A DNA stretch of 45,765 bases, counting the filler, from Jimgerdemannia flammicorona (lineage: Eukaryota), in NCBI GenBank assembly GCA_003990765.1. It is 2 parts of 2 records of this genome, joined end to end, with 100 filler letters (N's around TTAATTAATTAA, not from the genome) between each part and the next. Parts side by side here need not be neighbours in the genome. Positions count along the whole stretch, not along the records: positions 22,936 to 45,765 come from RBNJ01001197.1; 1 more part is not named here. One strand, given 5' to 3'. A model generated the notes under the pieces. The model was not told the origin of the DNA. It saw nothing but the letters and a program-made list of their open reading frames with translations, and did no database searches. Below, piece by piece: positions 35,532 to 45,765 of this stretch; the stretch's first letter is position 1; the number at the start of each line of letters is the position of its first letter. A program made the translations under genes and the position numbers.

Positions 35532-36287
35532 TGTAATAACTCTCACTTCTACCCCTCTCTTATCCTTTGGATAATTAGGGAAGTAAGACTATTACTTAGG
35601 GACTTAGTATACAATGTATACTAAGAAGCCTTCAGTTTGAGGAAGTGCTTGCTTAAAAGTAGTTATAGTGGTAGTACCTTATCTTTCAAAGGTCTTTATC
35701 TTTTGTTCTATTTTTCAAGGATCTTATTCTTTGCTATATACAGACTGAATTCGCCTTAGAATTTAGGTTCAATGAGTTTACTTAAGTCTTTGGGAATTTA
35801 TATACCAGTCTCAGTTCTGGCAGAAGTTAGCTAGGCTTCTGGAGTTTAGTCAGAAATACTGAAATCACTTAGATGTCATTACTAAGACTCAGGAGAATGT
35901 GTGTATATGTGGGGGGGGACTTGATTCTTATATCAAAAACTGAACTAAAACTGCTTTATTTCAAATAGAAACTGGGGGTATTTATATAAGTTAGTCTATG
36001 ATTTCTGACTAAGTATGAGTAACTAATTTGGTAATTATAATGAGATTTGTGATCATGATCTTTATCAGATGGTTTTTGGCAAAAACAACTTTATAATCAG
36101 GACCTCAATTACTAGGTAATAATCATCTGCTGTAATAACAGTTGCTACTGTGCCAATTGTCAGAAATAAACTAGATATTATTTTTCATATCATTTTCATT
36201 TATAATATCATATATTATGCTCAATTGTATGATGATGTCATCACTCACTGGGTCATATGATCACTCATCATATCTTATTCTATTACA
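35532..36287 (-). repeat. 3' LTR of the minus-strand chromovirus copy
   Basis: Reverse complement of 1931-2740, with TGTAATA...TATTACA termini and an adjacent PPT. Confidence 0.95.
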
Positions 36288-37752
36288 TCCTTCTTCTCTT
36301 AGAAATCAACATTCTTATTAATTCAGAAATTGAGAACCAGGAGAGAAAAAGGTAGAGAATCTTCCTCAGTATTATTGCCATCCTCTTCAGTAGCAGGGGG
36401 AGTGGTTGCTGATGGCTTGCTGTCTAGGATGAAGAAGTCAATGAGGTCTGCAAATGGTTCTTGCATTAGGATGGGTGCTAGGTGTAGGGGTTCTCCATCT
36501 GATGTAGTTGGGACCATCCAAGTAGAGTTCTTGATCCTCATGTCTGGAGATATCTATTCAGATAGACAGTCATTCAAAGAGGTCAGAGAGGCCTTGGAGC
36601 CATTGGTCTGGATTGTTATTTAGGAGAGAGCTCTAGTGGGACTCAATGTTAGTGGACTTGAGGATAATTCAGAAGTTGACTTCTTGGGCTACCTTGATCT
36701 CTAATATATCAATCTTAGGAAAAGAGAGATTCTGGAAATCCTTCAGTTAGATATAGTTGAGGTTGGGGATCACAAAGAGTATATGGTATATGATTTGATA
36801 GACCTTCTTGATAAGTCTTTGCTCATGCCTGTTCAGATGGATCTAGTCTGAGATCTGGTCAGTAGGTAGGTTCTTTATATGTTGGAAGAGTTGATGGCTG
36901 ATTTCATATTCATACCAGATCTCTAGACAGCTAGTAGTAAGGTAGGCCCTTTAAATGAGTTCACAGTAGTCAAGGACATACTATCCTAGGTCTGGGCTAG
37001 AGAGGTTAAAAGTCTCAGAGCAGCAGTTCCTTTCTCAGATGGCAACCTAGATATATCCAAAGAGATGGTCAATCTGGGCTGGTTATAGTGGGTAGTTTGG
37101 CAGCGAGTAGCAGATATTCTTGTCTTGTCTTTTCTTTGTGAAGAGAGGGGGATAAGAGTTGTGAGGTATTCTTGCCTTGGGTATTTATACTTATTCACCT
37201 ATCTGGTATGACCTTCTTTTGGTCATGTTTTCCAGCAAAATGTATGACTTGTTGCTATAAGCAGAGCATATACTGGTCACATGAGAAAATCCTAATTTCA
37301 AAGATATTACTACTTGCAGTTGTGGTTAAACAGGGTTAACAGATCTTGGTTCTCTTTTTTTTTATCTGGTTGGTACATTTGTGAGGACTGATCATTCTTG
37401 TCTAGGATGAGGGCTTCCAATATCATGGCTAGAAGTTCAAACCTCTCAGAAATAGTATTTCTTATAATCCAAAGCAATTCCTAGTAATAATATCTGTCAT
37501 ATGGATGGGCTTAGATTGGTTTCAATATTGTCAGCTTTTCTAAGTTCCATATAAAGCATCTATTATCATCTGGCAGAGATGATACAGATGACATGAAATG
37601 GAGTTGTTCAAATGTGTTTTGCTGTACTATACTAGATTGTCCTTTATCTGAGTATCTTCTTATTAATTATAGAGTTTCTTTTTTCTGTAATATTCAGTAT
37701 TATATATTTCAGATAAAATATGTAGTATCTTGTTTGCTATATACTTTAATTT

Positions 37753-40700
37753 TTAGAGCTATAGTTCCTTCCTTTGCTGGAGAGTGAGTGTTTTCATATA
37801 GTTCTGAAGGGCTTTACATGTATTCTCCAGAGCTTCTTTCTTTTCCAGATAGTGTCATAGGTGGGGTAACTCTTCCACTTGATGAGAAAAAACCACTTAA
37901 CTGTTTTAGGATATTTATGGATCTTGTGGTCAAGTACTTTCTTGATTTCGAATTCCTCATGATCATTGATACTAATTGGAGATGGTGGTGGAACTATATG
38001 CTCAGAGAATGGGTTCTCATAGTAGTCTACTAATTGGCTGATATGGAATACTGGGTGTACTTAGAGATTATGAGGAAGTTGTAACTTGTAGTTGACTTTG
38101 CTGACTTTTTCCACAATCTTGTATAGTCCAACTCTTTTAGTATAGAGTTTCTTGGCTGATTGTTGTGTCAGAATATCTGGATAGAGGTAGTCTGTTCTAA
38201 GCATGACCATGTCACTAATATTGTAGGAGACTTCTCTTTGCTTCAAGTTTGCATACTTGGTCTGGTAGTCTTGTACTTCTATGAGAGTATCTCTTATCAT
38301 ATGAGTAAGATCAGAAATGGTCTTAGCCAGATCTTGGGCTACTGGGACTGCTTATTTTACAGTAGTGCTTAGGGTTCTTGGGTGTTGACTATAGTTCAGG
38401 AAGAATGGAGTCTTCTTTATAGAGGTTTGCTGACTATTATTGTAGGCAAACTCAGTATGGACTAGGTACTTGTCCCAATTATTCTACTTATAATAGTAGA
38501 AGATACTAAGCATCTGCTTGAGAGTCCTATTAGTTCACTCAGTTTGACCATCAGTCTGGGGGTGGTAGGCAGTAGAGAGCTTCAGCTTGATTCCATAGAG
38601 AGAGAAGAATGCCTTCCAGAAGTTACTTGTGAACTTGGCATCTCAGTCAGATAAAATAGTGCTAAGCATATCATATAGTCTGAATACTTAGTTGAGGAAA
38701 ATTTCAGCAATCTCTGGTACTGTAGCAGTAGTCTTGATGGGTGTAAAATAGGCTTGTTTGCTTAAGTAGTCTATGAATACTATAATAGCATCTCATCCTA
38801 CTTTGGTCTTGGGGAGCTGAATAATAAAGTCTATTGCAATCTGATTCCAATTATGACTCAGAATAGGCAGAGGTTGTAGAAGTCCTGCTGATAGCTTGTT
38901 ACTACTTTTGAACCTTTGGTATATCTTATATGAGACTATAAAGTCTTTGATGTTCTTGGTCATCTTTGGCCAGTAGAACTCTCTTGAGAGGAGATTATAG
39001 GTCTTCTCGAAACCAAAGTGTCCTATTGTAGGAGTATTATGGAGTTCTTATATAATCTTGAGCCACAGAGTATCATTATTAGGTATAACCACTCTGTCAT
39101 AGTCTCTGTAGATAAGTTCATCATAATAAGAGAATCTCTTGGACATTTGCCTCATAGGTTCAAGGACCTCAGCCTCTGGGTCTTGTCAGATTTGAAGGAA
39201 ATTCATCAGGGGGCTGTCTTATTGGTAGCCATTCTTGATCATCTGAGTAAGGTCTCCAATTATCTTAATCATGAAGACAAGTTCATCTTCCATATATCTG
39301 GAGAAATCATCAGCCATACAGTTGGTTTTGTCTGGGATATACTTGATTTTTATATCAAAGTTAGCAATGATTTTCATCCAGTGGACTTGTCTGTGGGTCA
39401 GTATGGGCTGTGTGTGAATATACTACAGACCATAGTAATCAGTGTAGGCTATAAATAGTTGTCCTAGGAGGAAATAGCACTATTCTTAGAGTATAGTGAT
39501 AATGGCTAGGAGTTCTTCTTATGAGTAGTATACCAGGTCTCAGCTGGCTTAAGCTTTTGGGAAAGATAAGTCACTGAGTAATCTTCTTGACTGAGTACTG
39601 CCCTAATGGCAATATCAGAGACATCTGTGGTCAGAGTGAATGACCTAGTAGGGTTAGGTGCAATTAGTACTAAGGTCTCGGTAAGGAGTCTCTTGAGATG
39701 GTCCATAGCCTGGGTGTATTTGAGGGTCCATTCAATCTTGATGTTTACTCCTTTGTGGACCAAGCTGGTCAGTAGGGCTGCAATAGCAGAGTATTCTTAA
39801 ATAAATCTTTGGTAGTAACCAACAATATCCAGAAAGCACTGGAGTAGCTTGAGAGTAGTAAGAATAGGAATATCCTTGAGGGCTGATACTTTTTGGGGGT
39901 CTATGTTGATATCTTTAGCTGAGATAATATGTCCTAGGTACTTAATCTGGTCTTGATAGAACTTACACTTACTCATCTTAGTATAGAGCTAGTGTTCTTG
40001 CAGAAGAGTCAGTATCTGTCTGAGATGAGTGTAGTGTAATTCTACTGTTTTGCTATAAATTAGTATATCATCAATATATACAAGAATACAGATATTGAGG
40101 AGTGGTCTAAAGATATCATTCATCAGATACTGAAATATTGCTAGTATATTGGTCAAATCAAAAGGTATGACTCAGAACTGGTAGTATCCAAACTGCATTT
40201 GGAAAGCTGTCTTTTCAATGTCCTTTTCATCAATGAGAATCTGGTGGTAGCCATTTTACAAGTCTAGTAGGGAAAAGGTCTTGGCCTTGAAGATTTGGTA
40301 CAACAACTCATCAATTCTAGGCAAGATATATCAGTTCTTGATAGTGATCTTATTGAGGGCTATGTAGTTAATATATATTTATATAGAGTCATTCTTCTTC
40401 TTGACAAATAGAATGTGGGCTCCAAATAGAGAGTGGCTGGGTTCAATATATCCTTGGGCCAGTAGTTTGGTCAACTCATCCTTGAGGGTCTTGAGTTCAG
40501 ATTGGGTCAGTTGATAGATACTCTTATATAGGGGTTCAGATCCTGGAATGAGATCAATTTCATATTGGATTTGATACTTGGATGGAAGTCCTTGAGGGTC
40601 TTAGAAAACACCTTAGAATTTCTCAAATAGTTCTTGAGCTTCTGATAGGATTGGGCTACTTATAGCTTCAGTGACTTCTTGTATAGTACAGATGAAGTAG

Positions 40701-42636
40701 GTGTTTCCTTTTTTTTAAGAGAGTCTCTTTATTTGGATAGCAGAAATAATTTTGATTCCTTAATAATTGGTACCTTTCTGAGATGTCAGGGTGATCTTTC
40801 TGCCTTCATGGGTCAGGTTAATCTCATTGGTTCTTCAGTTGATGTCTGGGTTATACTGGGTCAACCAGACTTTTCCTAGGATAATATCTTATCCTGGAAG
40901 GTCTACAATACTAAAGTCCAACTTCTCTTGATATTTGCCAATCTTGAGTAAGAGATCTTCATAGATCTTGGTCAGTGGTATAGTTTTATTATCATCAAAG
41001 ATAATACTCCTTTTCTCAGTAGCTGGTCTGCTTCAGGCTCCAATCCTCTTGGCAGTCTTGGTGCTGATATAGTTTTCAGTAGCACCACTATCAAGCAAGA
41101 CATTGATATTCTGTCTGTAGACTTGGTCTGTGAACTTGATGCAACTGTCTTTCTTCTTGATAGAGTTAAGTTCTTTCTTCTCATTGTTGTCCCAATTGCT
41201 ATCAGTCTCCTTAAAGTCAGTTTCTCCCTATCTTTCACAAGGAGGGTGGTTCTGTTTTGGCTCCTCAGTCTGTTGGGCTTGGTTTCTTTCAGAATTGATT
41301 TTGAAAACCTTAAAAAGGCATGTATGGCATTTACTAACATATTCCATGTAGTACATTCAGATAGAATGAGGGCATCATCCATATGGTGCATAACTGTCTG
41401 CAATTCTCTTATACTAGTTTTCATCATCTTTCTTCATAGTTGTGATCTTTTGACTGAGAGGTTTATTGATTGATCCAAACTCTTTCTTGCTACAGTCTGT
41501 CTGAGAGAGCTCAGGAACTTCTTCAATAGTAAGATCTTGATGGATTTCTTCAATGATTGCTTGGGCAATTCTTTGGCCTGCTTTGACTTCAAATGAGGTA
41601 TCTCCAAAATTTCACAAGATGACATGTATTTTGCTTATAAATCCTTAGTCAACTACTCCTCCTCCTAGCTCAATGTTGAATTCTTTGGCTAGGCTGCTTT
41701 GCTTAGTAAGGTGGATATATGTATCTTTGGGAGCTTATATTACAATTCTTATTTGCACTATAGCATTAGTGCTTGGTAGAATGGTGAGGTCTTGGCTACT
41801 ATAGAGGTTATATCCAGTATTAGTAGGATGAGCCTTAGTGGGGATGGTAGCCTTGTACTATATTTTCTGTATTTCAATGATATTCTCAAGATTCTTCTTT
41901 CCTGGACCTTCTCTAATGACAGTAATGTTCTGATTATGGGGTTTGCCTGATCTGTTTTTCTTCTCAGGGCATTTGAATGAGATATGTTCCACCTTCTTGC
42001 AGATAAAGCACAATCCTTTTTTGTAGAGCTATTTCTTTTCATTCTTGGTGGGAGGTCTTGGTCCTCTAGGGTTTCACTGGTTTCTTTGATCATTCCTCTG
42101 ATCATTTTTTTGGTCATTTCTTCTGGTGGGATTCCTCCTATCTTAGTTATCCTTCTTGTGTTCTGGATTTCATGGGGCCTAAGCAGCAAGGATTTCATGA
42201 GCTCTTCTTTGTACTTGGGCAAAGCATCATGAATAGTGGAGATATTCTTGGAGAAGGCCTTGTTCCTTAATCTTCTGGGTGAGCCAGTCTGATAGGGCTG
42301 CAAAGAGATGGTTGGCTCTGGTACTATTGATAACTAAATTGGTTTTCTAATAGATAAGTCTAATAGTTTTGAGATAAGCATCCATTCTGGTAGCAAAGGT
42401 TTCTAGGTCCTTTTTGCTATTCTTATGGAACTTCATCTGGGCTAGTTTATTCCAAGTTTCTTATATATAGACTATATTTTGGAATTTGGTCAGTAGCAGG
42501 GCCTTGAGTCCTGGGCCTACTTCATAGTCATCCCATCCTGGTCTGTTATGGGCTTGTACTTGGTCTGCAACTTGAGAGCAGTATTCTCAGATTACTGGAT
42601 ATTATTCCAAGGTATACCAGAATTTGGCTGCAGTTT
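37753..42636 (-). pseudogene. gag-pol: gag-pol polyprotein remnant
   Basis: Zinc knuckle GLCFICKKVEHISFKCP (~41965-42020), protease VLLDSGATENYI (~41065-41105), RT LVYIDDILIYS (~40055-40085), RNase H LTTDVSDIAIRAVLSQ (39506-39763), then integrase and chromodomain. PR-RT-RH-IN order. Confidence 0.93.
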
Positions 42637-43196
42637 TGTAATAGAATGAATGAGCAAGTAAACAGACAAGATGCAATGAGTGATCACATGACCTGGTGAT
42701 GATGTCATCATACAATCAAGTACAACATATGAATAATGATATCCAGTTTATTCCTAACAATCAGTGCTGCAGCAACTATTACCACAGTGGCTGATCATTA
42801 TCTAGTAATTGAGGCCCTGATCACAAAGTTGTTTTTGCCAAAAACCACCTGACAAAGGTCACAATCATAAACCTTATTATAGTTACCAAATTAGTTACTC
42901 ATACTTAGTCAGAAATCACAGACTAACTTATATAAATACCCCCCAGTTTCTACCTGAAATAAAGCAGTTTTAGTTCAGTCCTTAATACAAGAATCAAGCC
43001 CCCCCCCCATACACACATTCCTCTGAGTCTTAGTAATAACACCTAAGTGACTCTAATATTTCTGACTAAACTCCAGAAGCCTAGCTAACTTCTACCAGAA
43101 CTGAGACTGGTATATAAATCTCCAAAGACTTAAGTAAATCCATTGAATCTGAATTCTAAGACAAATTTAGTCTGTATATAGTAAAGAACAAGACCC
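42637..43196 (+). repeat. Truncated LTR of the same chromovirus family in the opposite orientation
   Basis: Starts TGTAATAGAATG with no preceding PPT, matches ~1931-2529 and ends at AAGACCC where a LINE 5' end begins. Confidence 0.92.
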
Positions 43197-45746
43197 ACCT
43201 TTCACCAGTAACATTCAGGTAACACAAGACTTAGACAACACTTTCTATGATGTTTTTGGTGATAGATAACTATCAATATAGATGGCAACAATTGAACTGG
43301 TGAGCATACTGGTCAGGGGGGAGGTGGTGCCTTTGACTGGTAGTAAGTAGAGAGGAGGGGAGATGGTTTGGAGATATTAGGAGCCTTGATGGCTAGCCAA
43401 GACTCTGGTAGTTGAGGGAGGGGTGGCCTGAGGCAGTGAGGAGGGGAGAGGTTGACTTTTGCTGATAAGGTCAAGATGGAGAGAATGGCCTCTGGTCTGG
43501 ATGGTTGGCTGGGTCTGGGGAAGACATTGATAGCTACTGCTGAGAGATAGAGAGGAGTGCTCAGGGGATTGTTTGGTAGTAGGAGAGGAGGGGGAGTAGG
43601 GGCTAGAGATGTGACTGTTGATGGGGCTGTGACTGGAGATCTGGAAAAAAATCCAGATATGACAGCAGTTGCTAATTTGGGATAGAGAGTGGGCATGAGG
43701 CCCAGGGACCTGACAGATGGGGTGATGGGCTTGGTGTCAGCACTATTACTCAAGAAATCAAGGTCAGAATTCATAGTCACAATATGTTTCAGAGGCTTAG
43801 TGGTAACTGTAAGGATAATCTTGGGGCTAGTAATACAGGAGGTGAAAGGGGCAGCATCAGTAAAGTTTTTGAAGAGGAAAGAAGGAGTCAAGGTGGGGTT
43901 TGAGGAAGAAGAAACATTGCTGGCTGCTATGGAGAAAGGGGTGACAGTGGGTGGGGTTGTAGTCCCTATGGCCAGGTACATGTACTGGAACTCCTGAGTG
44001 GTATAGTTGATGGTATTAGATCTTTCTGAGGTATCAAAGGAGAGGGCTAGAGAGGTAATTGTAGAGGTGGTCAAGGAGTATAGGGAGATTGTGGATATTG
44101 GGTTTAAGGTCTGGGAGGGTATGGAGCTCTGGACTAGTGATGTCAACATCTGGGTGAGGCTGGCTGGAAAGGAGAATATAGGGAAGATGAGGGACTGGCT
44201 GGTAACTCTGAAGTGGGGCCCAGTGGAGTACAAGGTCACGAGGGTGAAGGGGACTCAGGAAGAGGAGGAAGACTTGCTTGAGGCTCTGGAGGATTTGGAA
44301 GAAGTGGTCGAGAGAAGGAGATTGGCTTGGAAGGAGTATGAGGCCAGGATGGTGGTGGAAGTAGTCGATGGAAAGAGGGTCAGGATGGATTGGATGACCT
44401 AGGAGAAGATGCAGGGAAGGAAAATCCAGAAGGAGCTACTGGCAAAGTTGGGTGGTGGTGGGGCAGGCAGCAGCACAGGGGATGGGAAAGTGGGATTGCA
44501 GGAGAGTGCCTGGGCAGGGGGAAGCAGGATGGCCCAAGAGGGGGTACAGGATGGATTGGGAGAGGAGAGGGAAGGTGGTGTGGAGGCAGATGTGATAATG
44601 AGTGAAGGAGTATACTCTCAGTATAGTGTCCCAGGTGGGGCAGGGGGAGAGGAGGAGTTGCTGGATGTACCGGATGAGGAGTGGGATGAGTCAGTGAGGA
44701 GGAGCACTCTGGTGGACCCTGAGGTGGGGGGTGGTTGAATCACCCAGAGTGTGGCAGAGGTGGTGAATGAGGAGAAGTAGCTGTGGAAGACTCTAGAAGG
44801 GGTGGTAGCAGAGGAGCTGGGGAGAGAGGACTTCTGGGTTATGGAAGAGAGGCATTGGGAGGAAATTCTTCAGGGGGAGGAGATATCGAGGAAGGTGAGG
44901 AATGAGATACTAGTGGTCCTCTTGGAATCAGTTGAATACCAAGTCAATGATCAGAGGGAGGAGAAACTTAGAGAGATTGTGAATGACCAGACAGCATACT
45001 TGTGGGGCTCGAGAAAGGGATTGGAGAAGTGGAGAGCAGTCTGCATAGACTACTAGATGGAGATAGAGGTGGTGGATGGGGTGGAATGTCAGGAAATCTT
45101 GGAGGCATTGGATGCTCAGGCTGTTGCAGAGGGTGACTTGGAAGCAGAGTGATGCTTGGATCTGGCTGGAGATGAGATGAGCATGGAATACTAGGCTGAG
45201 ATCTCAAATTCAAACATTTTTTCAATATGAACAGTACAACTAGAATATTCTCTTTGAATGTAAATGGGTTATGGGGGGTGGCTAGGAGGAAGTATATATT
45301 TGGATGGTTAAAGAGACTGGATGCGGATCTCTTCTTACTGTAGAATGTCTGTTATGAGGTAGATATAGACCTGTAGGATTGGACTAAGAAATGGGGGGGG
45401 GCTGTGATATGGATGGGGAGAGTGGGTATCCTCATTCAAAAAGGGATGGGGGATATTGGGGACATTGGACATTGGGGATCTTGGTTGGTGTGGGGAGTGT
45501 AGAAGAGGCCTGGATAGAGCCCATTGACAGTTGGGTCATGTTACTGTCCAGCTGAGAGAGGGGAGCAGGTAGATTGGATTTGCAGGTTGAAAGAGGCCAG
45601 TGTCTTGGGCAAGGTTGGGTTGGACTGCTTGGGGGGTGACTTCAATATGGTATAGAATAAGGAGATAGACAGGACAGATAGAGGGAGAGGAATGCAGAGC
45701 AAGAGTGGTGGGTTGGATGACTGGTTGGAGATAGAGAGGTTGAGTT
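43197..45746 (+). mobile_element. L1/Tx1-like LINE, 5' half (ORF1 from ~43282, ORF2 APE from 45227)
   Basis: ORF1 fragments 43689-45056. ORF2 begins MNSTTRIFSLNVNGL and has LGGDFNMV at ~45630. Cut by a T-run at 45747-45763, probably the tail of another element. Confidence 0.92.
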
Positions 45747-45765
45747 CTTTTTTTTTTTTTTTTAT

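Larger units (their letters stand above)
35532..42636 (-). mobile_element. Ty3/Gypsy chromovirus, decayed copy lacking its 5' end
   Basis: 3' LTR 35532-36287, PPT 36288-36300, ORF3 remnant ~36299-37117, gag-pol remnants further right. Confidence 0.95.

Noticed and set aside
1..38230. Giant inverted repeat (1-2740 vs ~35532-38230) bounding a ~38-kb mega-element
   Set aside because: These are two copies of one LTR retrotransposon on opposite sides of a synthetic linker, with unequal decay.
35532..43196. DIRS-like element with inverted terminal repeats
   Set aside because: It has a Ty3-type protease, integrase, chromodomain and PPT and no tyrosine recombinase. The inverted LTR interrupts gag.
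43313..44239. 308-aa Ser/Thr/Pro-rich ORF, and similar ORFs antisense to the LINEs (e.g. 25325-25912, 27704-28291, 33716-34249)
   Set aside because: These are shadow ORFs opposite the purine-rich LINE coding strand, with no independent domain signal.

Overview
Eukaryotic, most likely fungal, repeat-dense DNA with no intact host gene. A synthetic 100-nt linker (44 N + TTAATTAATTAA + 44 N, 22836-22935) joins two near-equal pieces (22,835 and 22,830 nt) that are probably unrelated contigs. The left piece starts with the 3' part of a Ty3/Gypsy chromovirus carrying an extra ~269-aa ORF between pol and the 3' LTR. It continues as a head-to-tail array of a minus-strand APE/RT LINE whose intact 3' ends all abut short (TTAGGG)n-like tracts, i.e. 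a candidate telomere-targeted or terminally transposing LINE. This array is interrupted by a hAT DNA transposon (itself holding a foldback palindrome, L1/Tx1 fragments, a satellite and a poly(A) retroposon) and by a second 1.2-kb poly(A) retroposon with a 12-bp TSD. The right piece holds a young full-length L1/Tx1-like LINE (frames intact, nonsense mutations only), several older relatives, and a decayed minus-strand copy of the same chromovirus. Decay is dominated by C>T/G>A transitions with strong CpG loss. All alignments were done by eye, so boundaries of decayed elements are approximate.
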